Below the pieces are notes generated by a model. It was not told the origin of the DNA, made no database searches, and saw only the letters and a list, made by a program, of their open reading frames with translations. The position numbers and the translations under genes were made by a program. From Balanoglossus misakiensis (Eukaryota > Animalia > Hemichordata), in contig CM082593.2 in the NCBI GenBank assembly GCA_040954595.2, positions 7,290,043-7,354,042 of the forward strand: a stretch of DNA of 64,000 nt, given 5' to 3'. Shown here piece by piece: positions 13,563 to 28,164 of the stretch; within the stretch, counting starts at the first letter, position 1; each line of letters opens with the position of its first letter.

Positions 13563-16500
13563 GTATGTCATTCCCCACGTGAATTGGCTACTGGCAGTAT
13601 GGTCGTTATAGACACCATAATAGCACACTTCACTTGTTTTCACATGTGGTATCGCCAGCATGAGAACACTTCCAGAAGCAAATTTTGTCCGGAGAGTCGG
13701 ATTGGCGGCCATTTTGAATTTCAATTTGAGACAATTTTGCTCCCTCATCCAAAATTTTGCAAGGTGACGTCCAATTTTTATGCTCAATTTTACGAGAGAA
13801 TATTCTAAGTAAAAATACCATAATAGCACACTTCACTTGTTTTCACATGTGGTATCGCCAGCATGAGAACACTTCCAGAAGCAAATTTTGTCCGGAGAGT
13901 CGGATTGGCGGCCATTTTGAATTTCAATTTGAGACAATTTTGCTCCCTCATCCAAAATTTTGCAAGGTGACGTCCAATTTTTATGCTCAATTTTACGAGA
14001 GAATATTCTAAGTAAAAAAGTTTACGCCTTTGATTTCCGAGGGGCATACTTCTTTAAAATGAATATTTCCTAAACAAAGCGGAGCGCGTTCGGTCCATTG
14101 AACCACACTGCGTTGCACTCAAGCTACTCGCTACGGGGTGCAATCTCTCTTTCGTCCGGTCATTTTACGTCATCGACTCGCAAGCGCAAGCGATCCCCTT
14201 ACTTACGGCTCGGAAAACCGTGGAAGTTGTTGGTGGCTACGAACGGCATCATCGTACACTGCTGTCTCCGTTACAGATAACCTCGTCACGTGATAAATCA
14301 GCTGGATGGGTAATTTCCCTCTGGACTGACATCACCCGAGGGCCGTGATGCATGTTGGTTCAAGTTACTGCCTTCCGCTTACACGAAGCGGTCTGATTGC
14401 TGCCACAGTGGAAACACCATGTCCATCACACTGCTAATTTTCACGCTGGCATCTTGTGATGAGTGTGCGAATTCCAGAAGTGAATTTGTCGCCCCGCGGG
14501 CTGTACATAGATTTGCCAATCTCGCCATCTTGGCAGTCCATCCCCATGCTCATCGTTTTAAAAAAAGTTTCTTTGAACGCCGACGCCACTCGAAGGGCCA
14601 TCAATCCACTGAAGTGTAGAATGCAAAAAGAAATGCCAGCAGTACCAAGTGCATTTGAAGCTTACGAACTCATCGGAATCGACCAATTTGTCACCGAAAA
14701 GAACTGAACAAATTTAAAACATTTATCGTTTCTCCCTTTGCAGGCGAGACCGTTCCGCGTCGCAGACGGGTCTGACACAGTATCTGACAACCGGTGAGGT
14801 ACCACGATCTCTGACGTCAGAATCTCTGGAGTCTGCGGCATCCGCCGACGGTGGCGCTAGTCCCGTGCAGCCGAAACACCACGGCGTGGGACGTCGCCAC
14901 TCCATGACAGCTTTTCAGTTCCATAACAGTTTAATTGGAGAAATCGAACCCAGTCTTTACAAGTAAGTCATGGCTTGTGTTTATCTCGCGCCAAACACTT
15001 TAACTGTAACTAATATACCATATTGACAATTATTGTAAAGATAGGGGATCTTCTGCACACCTGTACCGACACGGACCGCGCGCCCTTCTACATTTGTTGT
15101 AGAGGCACGTATTAAATTACTTTCAAATTTTATCTGCCTCAGGAATGGCTTTCCAATAAATTTAGACGTAAAACTCCAAGAGTCGTCAATTTTATATGAC
15201 ATGCTTTCGAGAAGTTGTTACGTACATTTTAACAATGTGAGCTCAAGAGAATAGTTTCTTCTGTCTTTGCTCTTTCCAGAACAGGGAATTGCTAGGACAG
15301 GGTACATCCACTTCTCAGCCCTGTGTGTTCGTATTGCTATTGAAAATCACTCTATTTTGAGAGAAAGGGCAAGATGAAACTTCACCATTTTCTTTTATAG
15401 TTTCATGTACAGTGATGTTACTATGACAGTAATTTGTTTGCAATATGTTCAATTCGGCGAGGACTATATCATCGATGATGACTTGTCAATTTATACTTTA
15501 TGGAGGGTGATAAGTGCAAGTTAGTTAAAATTATCAAATGAGGCTCCACAACTTGCATTTCGTAACAAATTTATATTTCCGGTTTATGCCGTATCATGAA
15601 CCACTCTTAAAATAACTGAAATATCGAACAATAACCACTTTTGTCCGGTTGGTTTATTTAATTAGAATTGCAAGTTCCATCTGTGTTATTGGCCAATTAT
15701 GAAGCAAAATTCACATTTGAATAATTTTGTTTTCTTTTCTCGAAACAAAACCCCCATTTCCACGAAACAGCGGTAGTAGATCTTCTGTACGTGCTGTGAT
15801 TATACCAGGAACCAATTAAATGCCAGCGGTAGGCGAGTCTAGTCAGAAACCGAATGTTTGTTTGTAACCGAACGGATTTGGTAATAATAGCAACGCCTGT
15901 TTTTGTTCGCCGTGTTCCTCACGAAAGTTCAAAACGTAATCAGTCAATCTGTTGGGTAGAAGCTTTCAAGAAGCGAGCCACTTCACTTCAACCGTACACG
16001 ATGGAGAGTGATAACACAGCGCAGTCCAGGTTTTCAGGCGATCTCCTTAAAGCCTCGTCACGTGGTCTTCATCTGGGTTCCATGGCGACGAATGATGAAA
16101 GAGTTCCCCTCTAGCTCCCCTCGCAGTCATCGATCAATCGTCACAAAGTATGCTGACCTTGTTTAGAGGTCTTCAGGTAGCAAAGTCTAACCACCCGGGT
16201 TTTTTTTCTTGGAAAGTAGAGAAAGAAATATACTTAGTTGGTTGCCTATATGCATCGGAGTAGGGCGTCGTTGATGGAGAACTCTTTCTATTGATTGCAG
16301 CATATAAAAACTAACAACTAATTAGCAGGTACATGTAGTTCTCTTCGCGAGCCTGTTTCTGTATTAAATCAAAGGAATCCACCACAGAGTTCATCCGTGC
16401 CCGCTGGGTAAATGTTTGACTATCGAGCTATCGCGTCCCAATGGGATTAGAAGACACATCGTGCAACTTTCGGTGGCATCATCGCTCAGTGTCTACCACC

Positions 16501-19500
16501 TGTTTTCCCTCAAAGCACGTTGAAAAATCAAGTATTTGGATTGTCAGTCACCATATCAGTGAATAATCAGGTAAATTCTTATTGCAAGTGATTTTAAGTC
16601 CGGACTTAACTCTAATTTTGAGTATTACATCGCCTCAGGCTACACACAGGTTGTTCTGACAACGAATACTGGCCAGACATATCATGATACTAGTACTTCG
16701 GAGAGTAAATCAAGAATTAAGTCCGTGCACTGAACGTAATGTTGCACAAATACCCAAATTTACAGCTACAGAACATTAAAATGGATTAAGCAAAGAAATG
16801 TGCATGTTCCTTCATCAGAATTCAGGATACATATATTTGCACCGCCGGCTACATCGGCTAACTAAGTAAGCTCCCCGCTCTCTGGAGGACCCGTGTATAT
16901 ACATGCGGTCTTTTTATCGTGCTCGATTCGCGTTTACTATATAAATCACGGCAGAAAGAACGTCAATATTTTCCCAAAGCCCGCTGTTATCAAGGTCAAA
17001 TCACCATTATTGGCATCTTCGTCTGCCAAGGTCTCTTTCCGGGGGGACACTGTAGTCGAGCTAACGATGCATCATTGGTGTTACTTTGATGGTAATCGCT
17101 CATAGTGGGGGTCGTCTCACCCTGCTAGCGTGCATTAGGAATTGAAACATAAACGTGGATTATGCGAGGACACGTATCTTTATTGTACACAAGACAACTG
17201 TGCCATTATGCCCTTTCAAAATGACATAGATAGTGGGACATCGTAAAACATCCCCAGCTAGACGTAATTTAGCTAGAAGGGTAAGCTAGCACCTGAATAC
17301 ACATACATGTATATAGCTATAGACAGGGTCAATAGACAGAGCTATAGACAGGGTAAGACATGCCCAGTCAGGCGGGATGACGTACCTATAGCTAGACAAA
17401 AAAGCCACAAGGCAAGGAAGATATTATAAGCATGCTTAATTTCTTCATCTACAATTTACGTAAGACTTTCTATAAGTGCACAGTCCAAGATCAGTATACA
17501 TGTACGTGTTTCCCGGTCAGTGGTGAGCGGATGGCAATATGTGTGCGACGCCTCGTGACGGTGATTGCATCGTGTGCGGTCCCGGTGACAGATTAGTCCG
17601 TGGCCAAACTCGTTAGGTTTTTCATCGCCCTCTCTGTGGGAATCTGTCGTTGATTGTCAGACTCAATTGGCGGGTGAACAAACAGGTGCGTTTTTCAATA
17701 TCGCCAATCTTTTTATGGAAGTCAGCATTGACGTCATTTCGGCTTCAAAGGTCATGACCTCCACGTGCACGTACCTGATCCACATCATCTTTGCAAACAT
17801 TCGGTCGCATCGCCTTTGAAGGCGTTTGCACCGCCAGATTGCATCCTATATCAGAAGTGCAAAAGTCGCAAAACTTTGGATGTTATTTCTGTTGTTTCGC
17901 TTAGTTCCTGTGAGAAGCCAGGTTTCCATCACAACCTATTGAATCATCAGCCATCTGATCTACTGTATTTGGAATTTGAACGAGGCTTAATGTTATTTAA
18001 CATTTGTTAAAGTGTTCAAGCCACTTTGACAAGTAGCGCAGTAATGGGTGATACATGTACTACTCTGTGTAAAGCAAAGTGGGACAGTGCAGGTGATACT
18101 TAGAACAAATATACTGACAACATTAACCAACATTTACCCTATATCTGTAAACGGAAGGAAACCTTCGGGTGAAAACTGGCACGTGTTGAAGGCATACAGT
18201 CACCTCTATTTTACATGTAGGGGCCTATACACCTGCTTTGATTTTCGAGGCGCAGTTTACCTTAACCAACATTTGCGTCTGTTATTGAATATGCATGTGT
18301 ATATACAGACGCTTAGCTAATTTCTGCACACCTGAACCAGTTTCATTATCGATCTCCCACAACCAGGTGTTCTGACGACGACGACCACGATGACATTTTG
18401 CCGCCAAGTCCGCACGGCCGGATCTGGTTCTCCCTGATCTACGACGCAGCCGTGGAGCAGCTGTCCGTGAAGATAGTGAAGGCCAAACACCTCCCGGGAA
18501 GGGGTAAAAACAACCTTCCCAGGGACCCGTTCGTGAAGCTCTACCTTCTACCCGACGAGCGCTCTTCCCAGCAGTCCAAGGTCCGCCGCAAGACCAACGT
18601 GCCGAAATGGAACGAGACGTTCGTGTTTCAGGTGGGTGCGGGATGGTCACGCACATGTTCAAGCCCCAGACTCTAACTTTGGGCTGTTTTCCTGTGTGTC
18701 TACTTTGTGGTTTCTTGTTCTACTCTGTAAAACATGGAATTTGCTCTATGTTCGCTTGTATCTTTTCAACTCAGCACAAGTCCTTTTGTATGATCAACAA
18801 TGTCATTGTAAACAATCAAATCAACAAAAGAAATAGCCATTACTCGTACACAAGGCTCTGTTGAGAAAACTGGGTATTTCATAAAGCTATGCAGAGAGAG
18901 ACACACACGGAGGGGGGAAATACATGTATGTGCGAAAGTACGTTGACTCAGTTTTATCACAAAATGTTGCTGTTTCGACGATTAAAAAATACTTTTCCTA
19001 TATCAGTTTCTTCGGCAGACTCTTCATATTAATCATGGGAAGGGGCTTACAAATAAAAAACGACTGCACTTAGTATCAATTTGCGTCAAACGGAGAAACT
19101 TTTTCACAAAACGTCACAAGCAAGTAGGACAGATCTGTAAGATTTATAGTTGATTAACCTTATCATCCGACAGCTTCGAACGATATTTAGGATGATATAT
19201 GCTTTCTCCTTCATTCGAAGATTGCTGTGTGTGCGTAGAGTGTACGTTTTCTCAGAACTGTACCGTTCAAAACAACACATTAAATCTGCGCTTGCACTTT
19301 TCATAATTGATTTTCCAGGTTGGACCGAAGGACGTCCGAAAACGCACGCTACGGATGACGGTCTATGATATCGACAGACGACGAGTTCGACATGCCATGG
19401 GTCACGTGTTAGTCAACCTGGCCGACATCGCGTTGGACAAGGACGATATCATGTGGCGAGACCTGGACAGCGAGACGCAGGTATAGTGGGACATGCAGTT

Positions 19501-22500
19501 GCTAGACCTAAATGGGGCATGATTCACGTTTCGTTACATGGTATCAATGATATTTCAGTAGTTGCGAGATCTGGCGAGACTTGGTTAATTTCCGTAGCAA
19601 CAGGTGGTTTGCCAAGTAATACAAATTCAGCTTTGTATGAAACTAGAATAGGTGCAGAGTTTAAAGGCACGTAAGCTGTAACTTTTGGGATAATTTTCAT
19701 AATTTTTGTTTCACACTGCACTACCATTAGTCCATGCAGATGAAGGCAGTGAACTATACACAAGCATTATAAACCCTAAATATGAGTGCATATGCAAGTT
19801 TTAACCAGATAAATAATAAAGCTTTGCCGCAAGCGATTATGGCCGCCACCGTGGGAAAATGAAAGAAACAATGAAAATGTCGCATTTCCGGTTGTGAAAC
19901 TTCATAAACAAAACATGATCTCATCCACTTGAGCTCATGGAAGTAAATGTACACCACTGAGACATCAGATTTTCATTTTTCATTGCAATATTGCACTTTT
20001 TTAAAAATTTCAGGAATTTTCGTTTTTCTTTAATTTTTGGCCATTTTGTCATAAATAAGTGTTGAGCTTGATATATTATCATGAAAAAGCATTTAATAGA
20101 TATAATTAAAAGCATATATGAGATTATTTAAAACATTGATTTTTTATCCAGTTGCACCTCACGTGCCTTTAACAAAAAAATGTAACTTTTGAACCGTTCA
20201 AAACGATAGTCCATATGTTGACTGTCCTGTGTCACGTGGGAACGTCTCGCCATATAAACCGCCTAGCCACGCGAGATCTCGCAGGGTCTCGTGGAGTTCG
20301 TTAAAATGGCGGCGCTGTCCATTGACATGCCCCAGTCATGCATATGCACTGAACGCCAAGGTTTACCGGGACTACCCCGGTAACTGAACCAACTAACACG
20401 TATTCACAAGCTTCAGTTGACACGTTCCAATGTACTTGAATGTTCACTTATTCCGCCTCATTCATTTACCTGGCGTCTCACAAGAATTACAAGAAGCCAG
20501 TAATGGTTATTACAAACCCCTAAATCACCATCTTCAGGTCAACACCACTCGAGGGTGCATACATCTACATTGATTTTCTACAGGTTACCTTTGAACGTGA
20601 TTGCCTCTACTCAATCAACATCTGCAGTCAGGGTCACGAGGTCCCGCCCTCGTCACGAGATATTTATTCACGAGCAATATTCACATATTCAATTAAAGTG
20701 ATTTATTTTATTTTGGATTATAAAGAGATGGTTTTCTATCCCGATTCATTGAAGTCAGAGGTTTATGGTAACCCTAATTTTTGCTGGAGGCAACTGTACA
20801 ACCAAGAAAAGTATTCCGAATGATGTGTATTTTTTGGTGTTTTCTCTGATCATTTTCTTGTATTGTTTAGGCTGCCGCCGCCCTTGGAGAGATCAATTTT
20901 TCGCTTACCTACCAGCCACATATGGACAAACTCCGGGTTGTCGTACTATGTCTTCGAAATCTCAGGAAACTCGATTACGAGGAAAGTGGTAAGTGAATAC
21001 ACGGAGATTGTGTCAGGAAACCAAGCAAATGTGTACCTAGCATACATAGTCACACACTAGAATGGTTTAAAATAGGAAAAACGGTGATGGATGGAAGGAT
21101 GAATGAATGAATAAATGAACTTTTATTTATTACAATATTGGGATACTCTTTTTTCAATGTCATGACCGCGAAGTAATCACCGCTGCATGTGAACCGAATA
21201 TCTATAAACGAGTTACGCGCCATTTTCACCAATAACGTCTTATTCCCTATTTAAAGGATGCCGCCGGCCAAATCAATTACACATACCATTTGGGGTTATT
21301 GTGAAGTACTATTTTGCCGTGAGGGAATCTTCTTAAAATCATACATATCGCATAACGCCAGTGAAATTTATAAGGGTGGGGATCCATAATCTGAAACATT
21401 CATTCGTTCTATGTATTCAGGTCTCACTTCCAATTGTGAATCGCTATGGAAACGCTGACCGTGGGTGTATTTTGCGGATTCGTACGCGTTGACACACAAA
21501 GCTGTATAAAGCAATGTCACATGATATGTATCTGGCACTGTAACATGAAGAACTTCACGACTGAAAAAAAAACGCCTGTCACACTTCTTAAGTACAGATC
21601 GAGCATAGGCATTTTATATGTCCTTCCCGATAGCATAGCAAATTAAACACGCAAATTAGTCACCAATGTGCAAGCCACGAAAACGAAATATTCAGTGTTC
21701 TACAAATTGAGCTATGGCAAAATATTTTGTCAAGATAGGATAACTTTAGCACAACCAAACAGGAAATGCGCACAGTTGCATAATTAGCTAGCTATGTAAA
21801 TTAGCTAGCCGTATGCAAATAAAGTGTGAACTATTTTCATTTGCTCACCTGTGTCAGGAGTGTGCGGGTCGAATTTATTTTTCGCAGTATTACTGTAAGT
21901 GGGAGTGTTTTCATTGGAAAAACTTGAACAGGGATTTCTTGAAGGGTGTTTTTCTTCGATTTCAATCAGGGGAAAGTTTTGCCTTGCTCTGGTAAATTGT
22001 TATCTAACAATAAACGCACACCCTCCTAATTTATTTGTCTAGAATAGTCGTATTTTGTCGTAAATTCTCCCAAGGTACGGATAAAAAAAGACTGCTGTTT
22101 AGCAGTGAAATCGCAGAAAGCGTGTGCTTCAAGAACTGTTAACAGTGGCAGTAAATTCAAACTGATTGTAAACGTACTGGAGGATGCCTATAAATTACAC
22201 GTATTACCGTTTTGTGTCCGAAATTTACGCAATCTGTGCCCACGGTAAATGAAGGGCATAACTCACCGAATTAAAGGGGTTTCAATTTTGTGCGGTTAAT
22301 GTTCTCACGTCCTGCCAGTGCGTAATTTTTTTCAGGCAGTGAAGATCTTTTATCGTTTTTCGCGAAGTCGTTTTCTTGCTCCAGGCTCTGCGCGTTTGGT
22401 TTTCCAAAGGCGACATATGTTATCCTACAAACTCAGTAAATGTGATGCTTACAGACAGCAGTTTTTTTCATTCTGCTTTGTCCTCCATCTTATACCAGGT

Positions 22501-25410
22501 TCACACAGGGTAAAATTTGAGACACTATTTGCCTATGGTAAACACAGAGCATTAATCCTTTGAGTTGCGTTGTGTCCACACACACAAAGTTTATGTATAG
22601 GCACTGAGACTCGGCCCCATAGATAAGGGGGGCAGAGAGGTGTTAATCCTTACACTGGCTCATTAATTTACGGAAAGCATTAAAGTTTCTCATCTATGAA
22701 CGCTGTCAGGCAATACATTTAATATTTTTCCTGTGACGACATGAGGTAGAATGCAGACCTCGTGATAGGTTGTCAGTTGAGATTTATTAGGAGACAGAGC
22801 GCCTTTACAAAATGTAAAATAGAAATCTTTGCATCTTTGAAAATGATAATAAAACGGGGGAAAAGGTCACGCCGAAAGGAGGATAGTTTTGTAACACGCT
22901 GTGTGTGTGTGGGTGGGTGGTCAGGGTGGAATCCTAGACATTGTTGCCGGATGGTGCCCACACATCACCAAGACGACGTGATGAGTCTATAAGCGCGCAG
23001 AAACCTGTTTGCTCATCCTGAGTTGGCTGATTAAAAAGCTACTTGTTAGACCAGTGTTCTCGTTTCACACACAAAATATGGGTTATACGCAAAATGCAGG
23101 ATATATAACTGTACGTTGGACTGAAATCCCCCGAACTTGTTTGAAGTCCAGAGATTGTGACTGCGCAACGTTAAGCATTGGTGACTAATAAGTTCTTGTA
23201 AAATGTATCGCGACTTTTAGCGTTCACGAGGTCCCTTCGGCTAAACTTTTGTAGCATTAGTATTGAAATTCCATACCCTCTCTCCGATAACCTTTGCCCC
23301 AATGCTACTCACGATTGTCCCTAATAAGATCCTGACTCATGAGTCGAATTTGTATGTACCGCCATTAATCTAGGCTCAGCCGCCGTTATCACCGTCATTA
23401 TTTTAACGTTTGGAGCAAATTGATCGTGGACATTACCCATAGATTAAAACACGGCAGACCTTTGCAACGACAAGGGAACATTTTGCATCGCTTCTGCTAG
23501 TTAAATTTGCAGCTGACGTGAGACGGTTACCAACGGCAACGCGTGTCTCCATTAGGGCCGGGGCTAATTGGATGGCAAGCGATACCTCCCGTCTGCCGAT
23601 TTCAACGACACGAGGCGTATTTGCGCGGCGACTTGTGCAGATCCCCGCGCAGTGCATCAGATTGCTGGGTGAAATGTCTGAAACGTAAATGACGATGAAA
23701 TATCGAGATAAACGAAAGTAACGCGCAGCCCTCATTTATCAGGGAGCTTTTTTGGTTAATAAAGCCCAAGTCCAGCCATCGTCGCACGCAATAAACGTTG
23801 ATCAAAGTCAGTAATGAGTTAGCATGGAAGTGCGGGTCCCGTTATAAAGATTGCTTAAATCCCAGTTTAGCTCGCTGCTTGTGCCACGTATCCGTGTGAT
23901 TCGATTCCATAACACCAGTTGACATTTGTAAATAGTTAACGAAGATGTATTACACTGTACTGCATGGCAATCGGGCCGTGGCCATCGATGAGAGTTTCCC
24001 TGAGTTTACCTTGTGACTAGGGTCAAGACCTCGATTTATAATGGACATACAATATCGTGGGGTGTACAGCGACTTGGCTCAGCTATTTCCGATTGGAGAA
24101 TACAAATGTATTCTTGACTTATAAGCCCCAGTAAGTCTAATGTTTGGCTACTAGTATTTTCTTCTGTAGAATTGTGCGAATGTACACATTTAAGACTTAA
24201 TTCCCTATCGTCCCAGTATTATATCATTTTTGGAAATAATATTTTTGTTTATAAATTACAATAGTTGTATGGATAGTTGAATTTTTTTCCTTTGGCATGA
24301 ACGCAAACATTCCACAACATCGGAAATTTTCAGTTTTAACTGAGTCTGCGCACTGACAAGGGGTAACCCGATAGCATACAGAAAATCACGTGGAGCCGCT
24401 CTGTCGAATTGGAAATCAACCCCTGGCAACAATATAATAAATACAGGTCAGACAGGTCACCTCAAAGCAAAAACCCGTCTTCAAGCATCACTCAAAAGGG
24501 ACAGGGTTAAGAAGGTCTCAAATTTTTCGACTCTCGACGAATTTCGGAGCCATGCGTCGGGTAATAAATTTGGCGCCGAACGCGATAATGGGCCGACATC
24601 TTGCACAGAGGAGTCGTTTCCACTTTCCGTAGCGCAAATAACGCCGACTGGAGTAACAGCGTCTGACACCATTACGACACTAAAATGTTGTTAGCCTATA
24701 ATATATTTAGCTGTACGGTCATACGAGTCCCTCATCTCGCTTCCTGCGCAGTAACCATTTAAATTAAATGCATAGCTGTCGTGGCCACGCAGAATATGTC
24801 TAAATGTTTTAATACCTGCAAAGTCAATTGCATGAGTATTTCTTGACAATCATTTCATATTTTTGAGTACAAGGCAAGTCAATTGAATGCATGAGTTATT
24901 CATGATAATCATTTCACAATCACATATCACAATATTAAGGTCACGTGATATTACTTTCTGTGGGAAGAGTGCTAGTTTTGTAAGGTGTCAATTTTCCAGT
25001 GTGTTAATTTAGCTTCAAACATGAAGAACAGCATTGAATTAAAGATTCTAAATAACCCAATGTCTGTATTATTTTCAGGTATTTACGTGAAAGTTCAGTT
25101 GATGCACGGGCGGAAAGGCGTCAAATCAAAGAAGACGGCGACCCAGAAGGGCACGTGCGAGCCGGCCTACAACGAATCGTTCTCCTTCACGCTCACCTCC
25201 AAGCAAATGGAGCGAACCAGCGTGCTGATCACCGTCATGACAACCGGGAGCAGCCGACTCGGCCACGGGGTGGAGTACGGCCGGGTGCTGACGGGGCCGT
25301 TCATGTTCGCCCGCGGCGAGGCGCTCGTCCACTGGCAGGAGATGATGACCCAGCCCAAGACCACCGTCACAAAATGGCACTCCCTGAGATCGCCGAACAA
25401 TTTCATGTAA
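13376..25410 (+). CDS. SYT15: Synaptotagmin-15-like protein (N-terminal TM, C2A, C2B); 5'-partial, join(13376..13562,14744..14962,18367..18631,19319..19480,20871..20988,25079..25410)
   Basis: All junctions are GT-AG with matching phases (1,2,2,0,0,1). The translation has TM IALIASVSSAVLLVCLLLMCALW, pre-C2 motif LIGEIEPSLYK, C2A GRIWFSLIYD..RDPFVKLYLLPD..PKWNETFVF, and C2B LGEINFSLTY..IYVKVQL..PAYNESFSF..HWQEM..KWHSL. Assignment to the SYT15 subfamily is by recognition, not by search. Confidence 0.8.
13614..14018. repeat. Tandem duplication, 203-bp period, two apparently identical copies
   Basis: 13614-13815 equals 13817-14018; duplicated peptides appear in the ORF track. Confidence 0.95.
14744..14962 (+). 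CDS. SYT15: SYT15-like exon (linker)
   Basis: tctccctttgcag acceptor, AA|gtaagt donor; open frame ending LIGEIEPSLYK. Confidence 0.8.
18367..18631 (+). CDS. SYT15: SYT15-like exon (C2A, N-terminal part)
   Basis: ccag acceptor, CAG|gtgggt donor; HGRIWFSLIYDAAVEQLSVKIVKAKHL...WNETFVFQ. Confidence 0.9.
19319..19480 (+). CDS. SYT15: SYT15-like exon (C2A, C-terminal part)
   Basis: ttttccag acceptor, CAG|gtatag donor; VGPKDVRKRTLRMTVYDIDRRRVRHAMGHVLV...IMWRDL. Confidence 0.9.
19665..20168. mobile_element. TTAA-flanked MITE with AGG...CCT ends (Kolobok-like)
   Basis: TTAA|AGGCACGT ... ACGTGCCT|TTAA. Confidence 0.7.
20871..20988 (+). CDS. SYT15: SYT15-like exon (C2B start)
   Basis: tgtttag acceptor, G|gtaagt donor; AAAALGEINFSLTYQPHMDKLRVVVLCLRNL. 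Confidence 0.9.
25079..25410 (+). CDS. SYT15: SYT15-like last coding exon (C2B)
   Basis: ttttcag acceptor; GIYVKVQLMHGRKGVKSKKT...YNESFSF...KWHSLRSPNNFM-TAA. Confidence 0.92.
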
Positions 25411-28164
25411 ATTTTTCACACAAAAAATCCAGTATTTCAGGCAGAGCTTAAAAACTGTAAAAGTCTCACGGATGCACAGGTTTTGAACTGTAGAGGGCGC
25501 TGAATCTCTAAACGGGCCACTGCGCATGCATTTAAACTTAACTGTACAAAAGTGGTGATATAAAGATTTTATTGAACATATCAGTGACAAATTAGTTGTA
25601 CGTGTCATACCCAGTGGTGCTCTGTTTGTAAAAAATGCTTACTCCTGAAATTCTAAGTCAAATTCTAGGATCCGGTCATCCTTGTTTTATTTCAAAAGCT
25701 TTAAGTTTCTGCTGTTTATTCGCTATATATATATTTATAATGTACAGTATTCTATTTGTGTCTATGCCTCTAAATATATGGATATGTTATATAATAATGA
25801 ATATATATTCTAGTCTTGTGTTTTTAACGTTGACTTCGTAGCTCATGGACTTATTTTAGTTTTGATCACATCGTCTAAAAGAGTCAACATTGTTGGTCAG
25901 ATAAAATCTAAACTTATGGCCTTTGAACAACTCCACTTCGTAATGTATTTAACAACTTGTTGTGTAGCTGTGTGGTAACATGATTGCCGGCAATGTTTAT
26001 GAGAGACAATTTATACATCGTTAATTAATGGTTTGCTAGAGAGAAAAAAACACAGAGAAATGTGTGAACTTTGACGTCTTTTGTTGGATGGCGGGCACCA
26101 TGTTGACAGTTTATACTAGTACTTTCAATTTGATCCACTGGCCCCATAACGATTTTATGCATTCCGACAGTTTCGCGCTATTTAACGATTTCCACGTCTG
26201 CATTTGCCAATCTGTCCGAGCAACTGATTTCTTACAGAACGATCGAAGGTCACCAGCAATGTGAAACTTTCGCTAAAGACCTTAAGTGATTTCAAACTTA
26301 AACGGAGTCATTAGATCCTCTCTAAATCCAGATGTTGGTGACTCGATCGTTCTGATTTCACGCATTTAAAAACGTGACGTATTACGATAACCAGGGATCT
26401 ATCCCAAACACGCTTTGGACGACCAACAATGTTTGACCATAACACTCTGAAGGAAAACCATTATTTTTATACCCGCAGTATTGTTTTTGCACACTATTGT
26501 AAGTCTGAACTGTCATATACGATAATTTTTAATGTGTTAAATTTGATTATTGCTAGTTTCTGTGATGTAAACTATATACACACGCATTATACGTGGGTTA
26601 AATAACTATAAACTGTAAATAACAAAGAGATGGATTGAAAGAGATGGACAAGCGTAGCATATCGCCCTCTATTGAACATATCAGGCCGGAAACGATAACT
26701 TGTCATACGTGTATTTACCAGTGTGTTGGGATAGAGATCGTCATTTACATTTACGTGTACGGTACTATTGACATGCACATTAAACTATAAGATAGAGACC
26801 TTTAAATATAGCAAAGTGTGTTTATACACTGTGTATAGGTTGTATATTGGGTCAACATGATGTTAACACTGCTATTCACGTAAAAGTTGTAATAGTCTTA
26901 TATGAGTACTTATTTAGAAAGCATAGAGGTTCTTCAAACAGTATCGCGGACATTTTGACATGTTTTAATTCACGTAATATTCAAACATGACAAAAAATCA
27001 AAACAACGTCAAAGATCATTAATTGTAAAGCAATACTAGACAATTACATTTTGAGCATGTTAGTTAATTACCAATCAAGGCATGGGTAAATACCGCTGTC
27101 CCCTCTCGTCTGTCTGTTTCAGAGTCAAACTTACATCAGTTAGAGAACTTTTGCCCAAGTGATAATATTTCGTATTGTATTGCTTTAGTAGGCTTATTGA
27201 AAAAAATTATTGTAAGCCTCCCCCTCCCAATCAGTTCTTCTGTTTAAAGAAGACGTAGGGTACCCTATCATTTATTATCTTCCACATTTGAAAGTACTTC
27301 TCTGTAAAACTTTCTGTTTACAGCATTGTAAAGTTATTGGAATTTTGCGACAATCGTTTTGTTATATATGTTTAGATTATTACTTTGTTTGGATACAGAA
27401 AGTGTATTTTTTGTCTTAGATACTGTGTAAACATTACTTTAGTTGTTGTATTCGTTCCATAGCAACCAAGAGTATTATTATACATCTACTGCCATAACCT
27501 GGATGGCCACTGTCGTACAATACGTTTCTGTATCTGTACAGATGGTGCCTTCAAATGTGTGTTCCTATATACTGCCAGGGTATACATGTACTAACCATAT
27601 AAAATCATACAGGAAAATGTTTTATTATTTCGCTTTGCGTATGTAGCTTGACAAAGTTTGTTTATTGATAACATGTTGTTGGTCATGTACACATTTACCT
27701 AGCTAGAGATGATGATATAAATTTTGTTTAATATTTTTGTAGTACTGCCTGTGTCATAAAACTTACCGCCTGTAAATTAAATGGATATAGCATGACGGGA
27801 AAAATAAAGATGATATATATATTACTGTGAGAATGTCTCTAGTGTACAGTGAATGATCTCTAGCCCCTTTTAAATGCATGGGGACACCCGTGACAAGCGT
27901 CTGTGTTTGTGTGTGCGCGAGAGTAGGATAAAAAAGCTTTACGGGTGTGCAAGATTTGCGCAGAAATCGTGGTTCGTAATTTTGGTCCCTGGTTCAGATG
28001 TGGGCCACGTGAACATGACATATGCATTCGACCTGTATTCGCGATCATAAAGCTTGCTTCGGTTGTAGCCATGTACATGTACATGTACATAAAAGTAGGG
28101 ATGGTGTCATTTTAGGTGTATAGGCTAGGCCTATATAAAACAGACTTGACAGAAGGAAGCAGTA

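Noticed and set aside
25126-25608. 160-aa minus-strand ORF and other overlapping ORFs (also 18282-18662 and 30552-30926)
   Set aside because: Antisense or off-frame shadows of real SYT and UGT exons.
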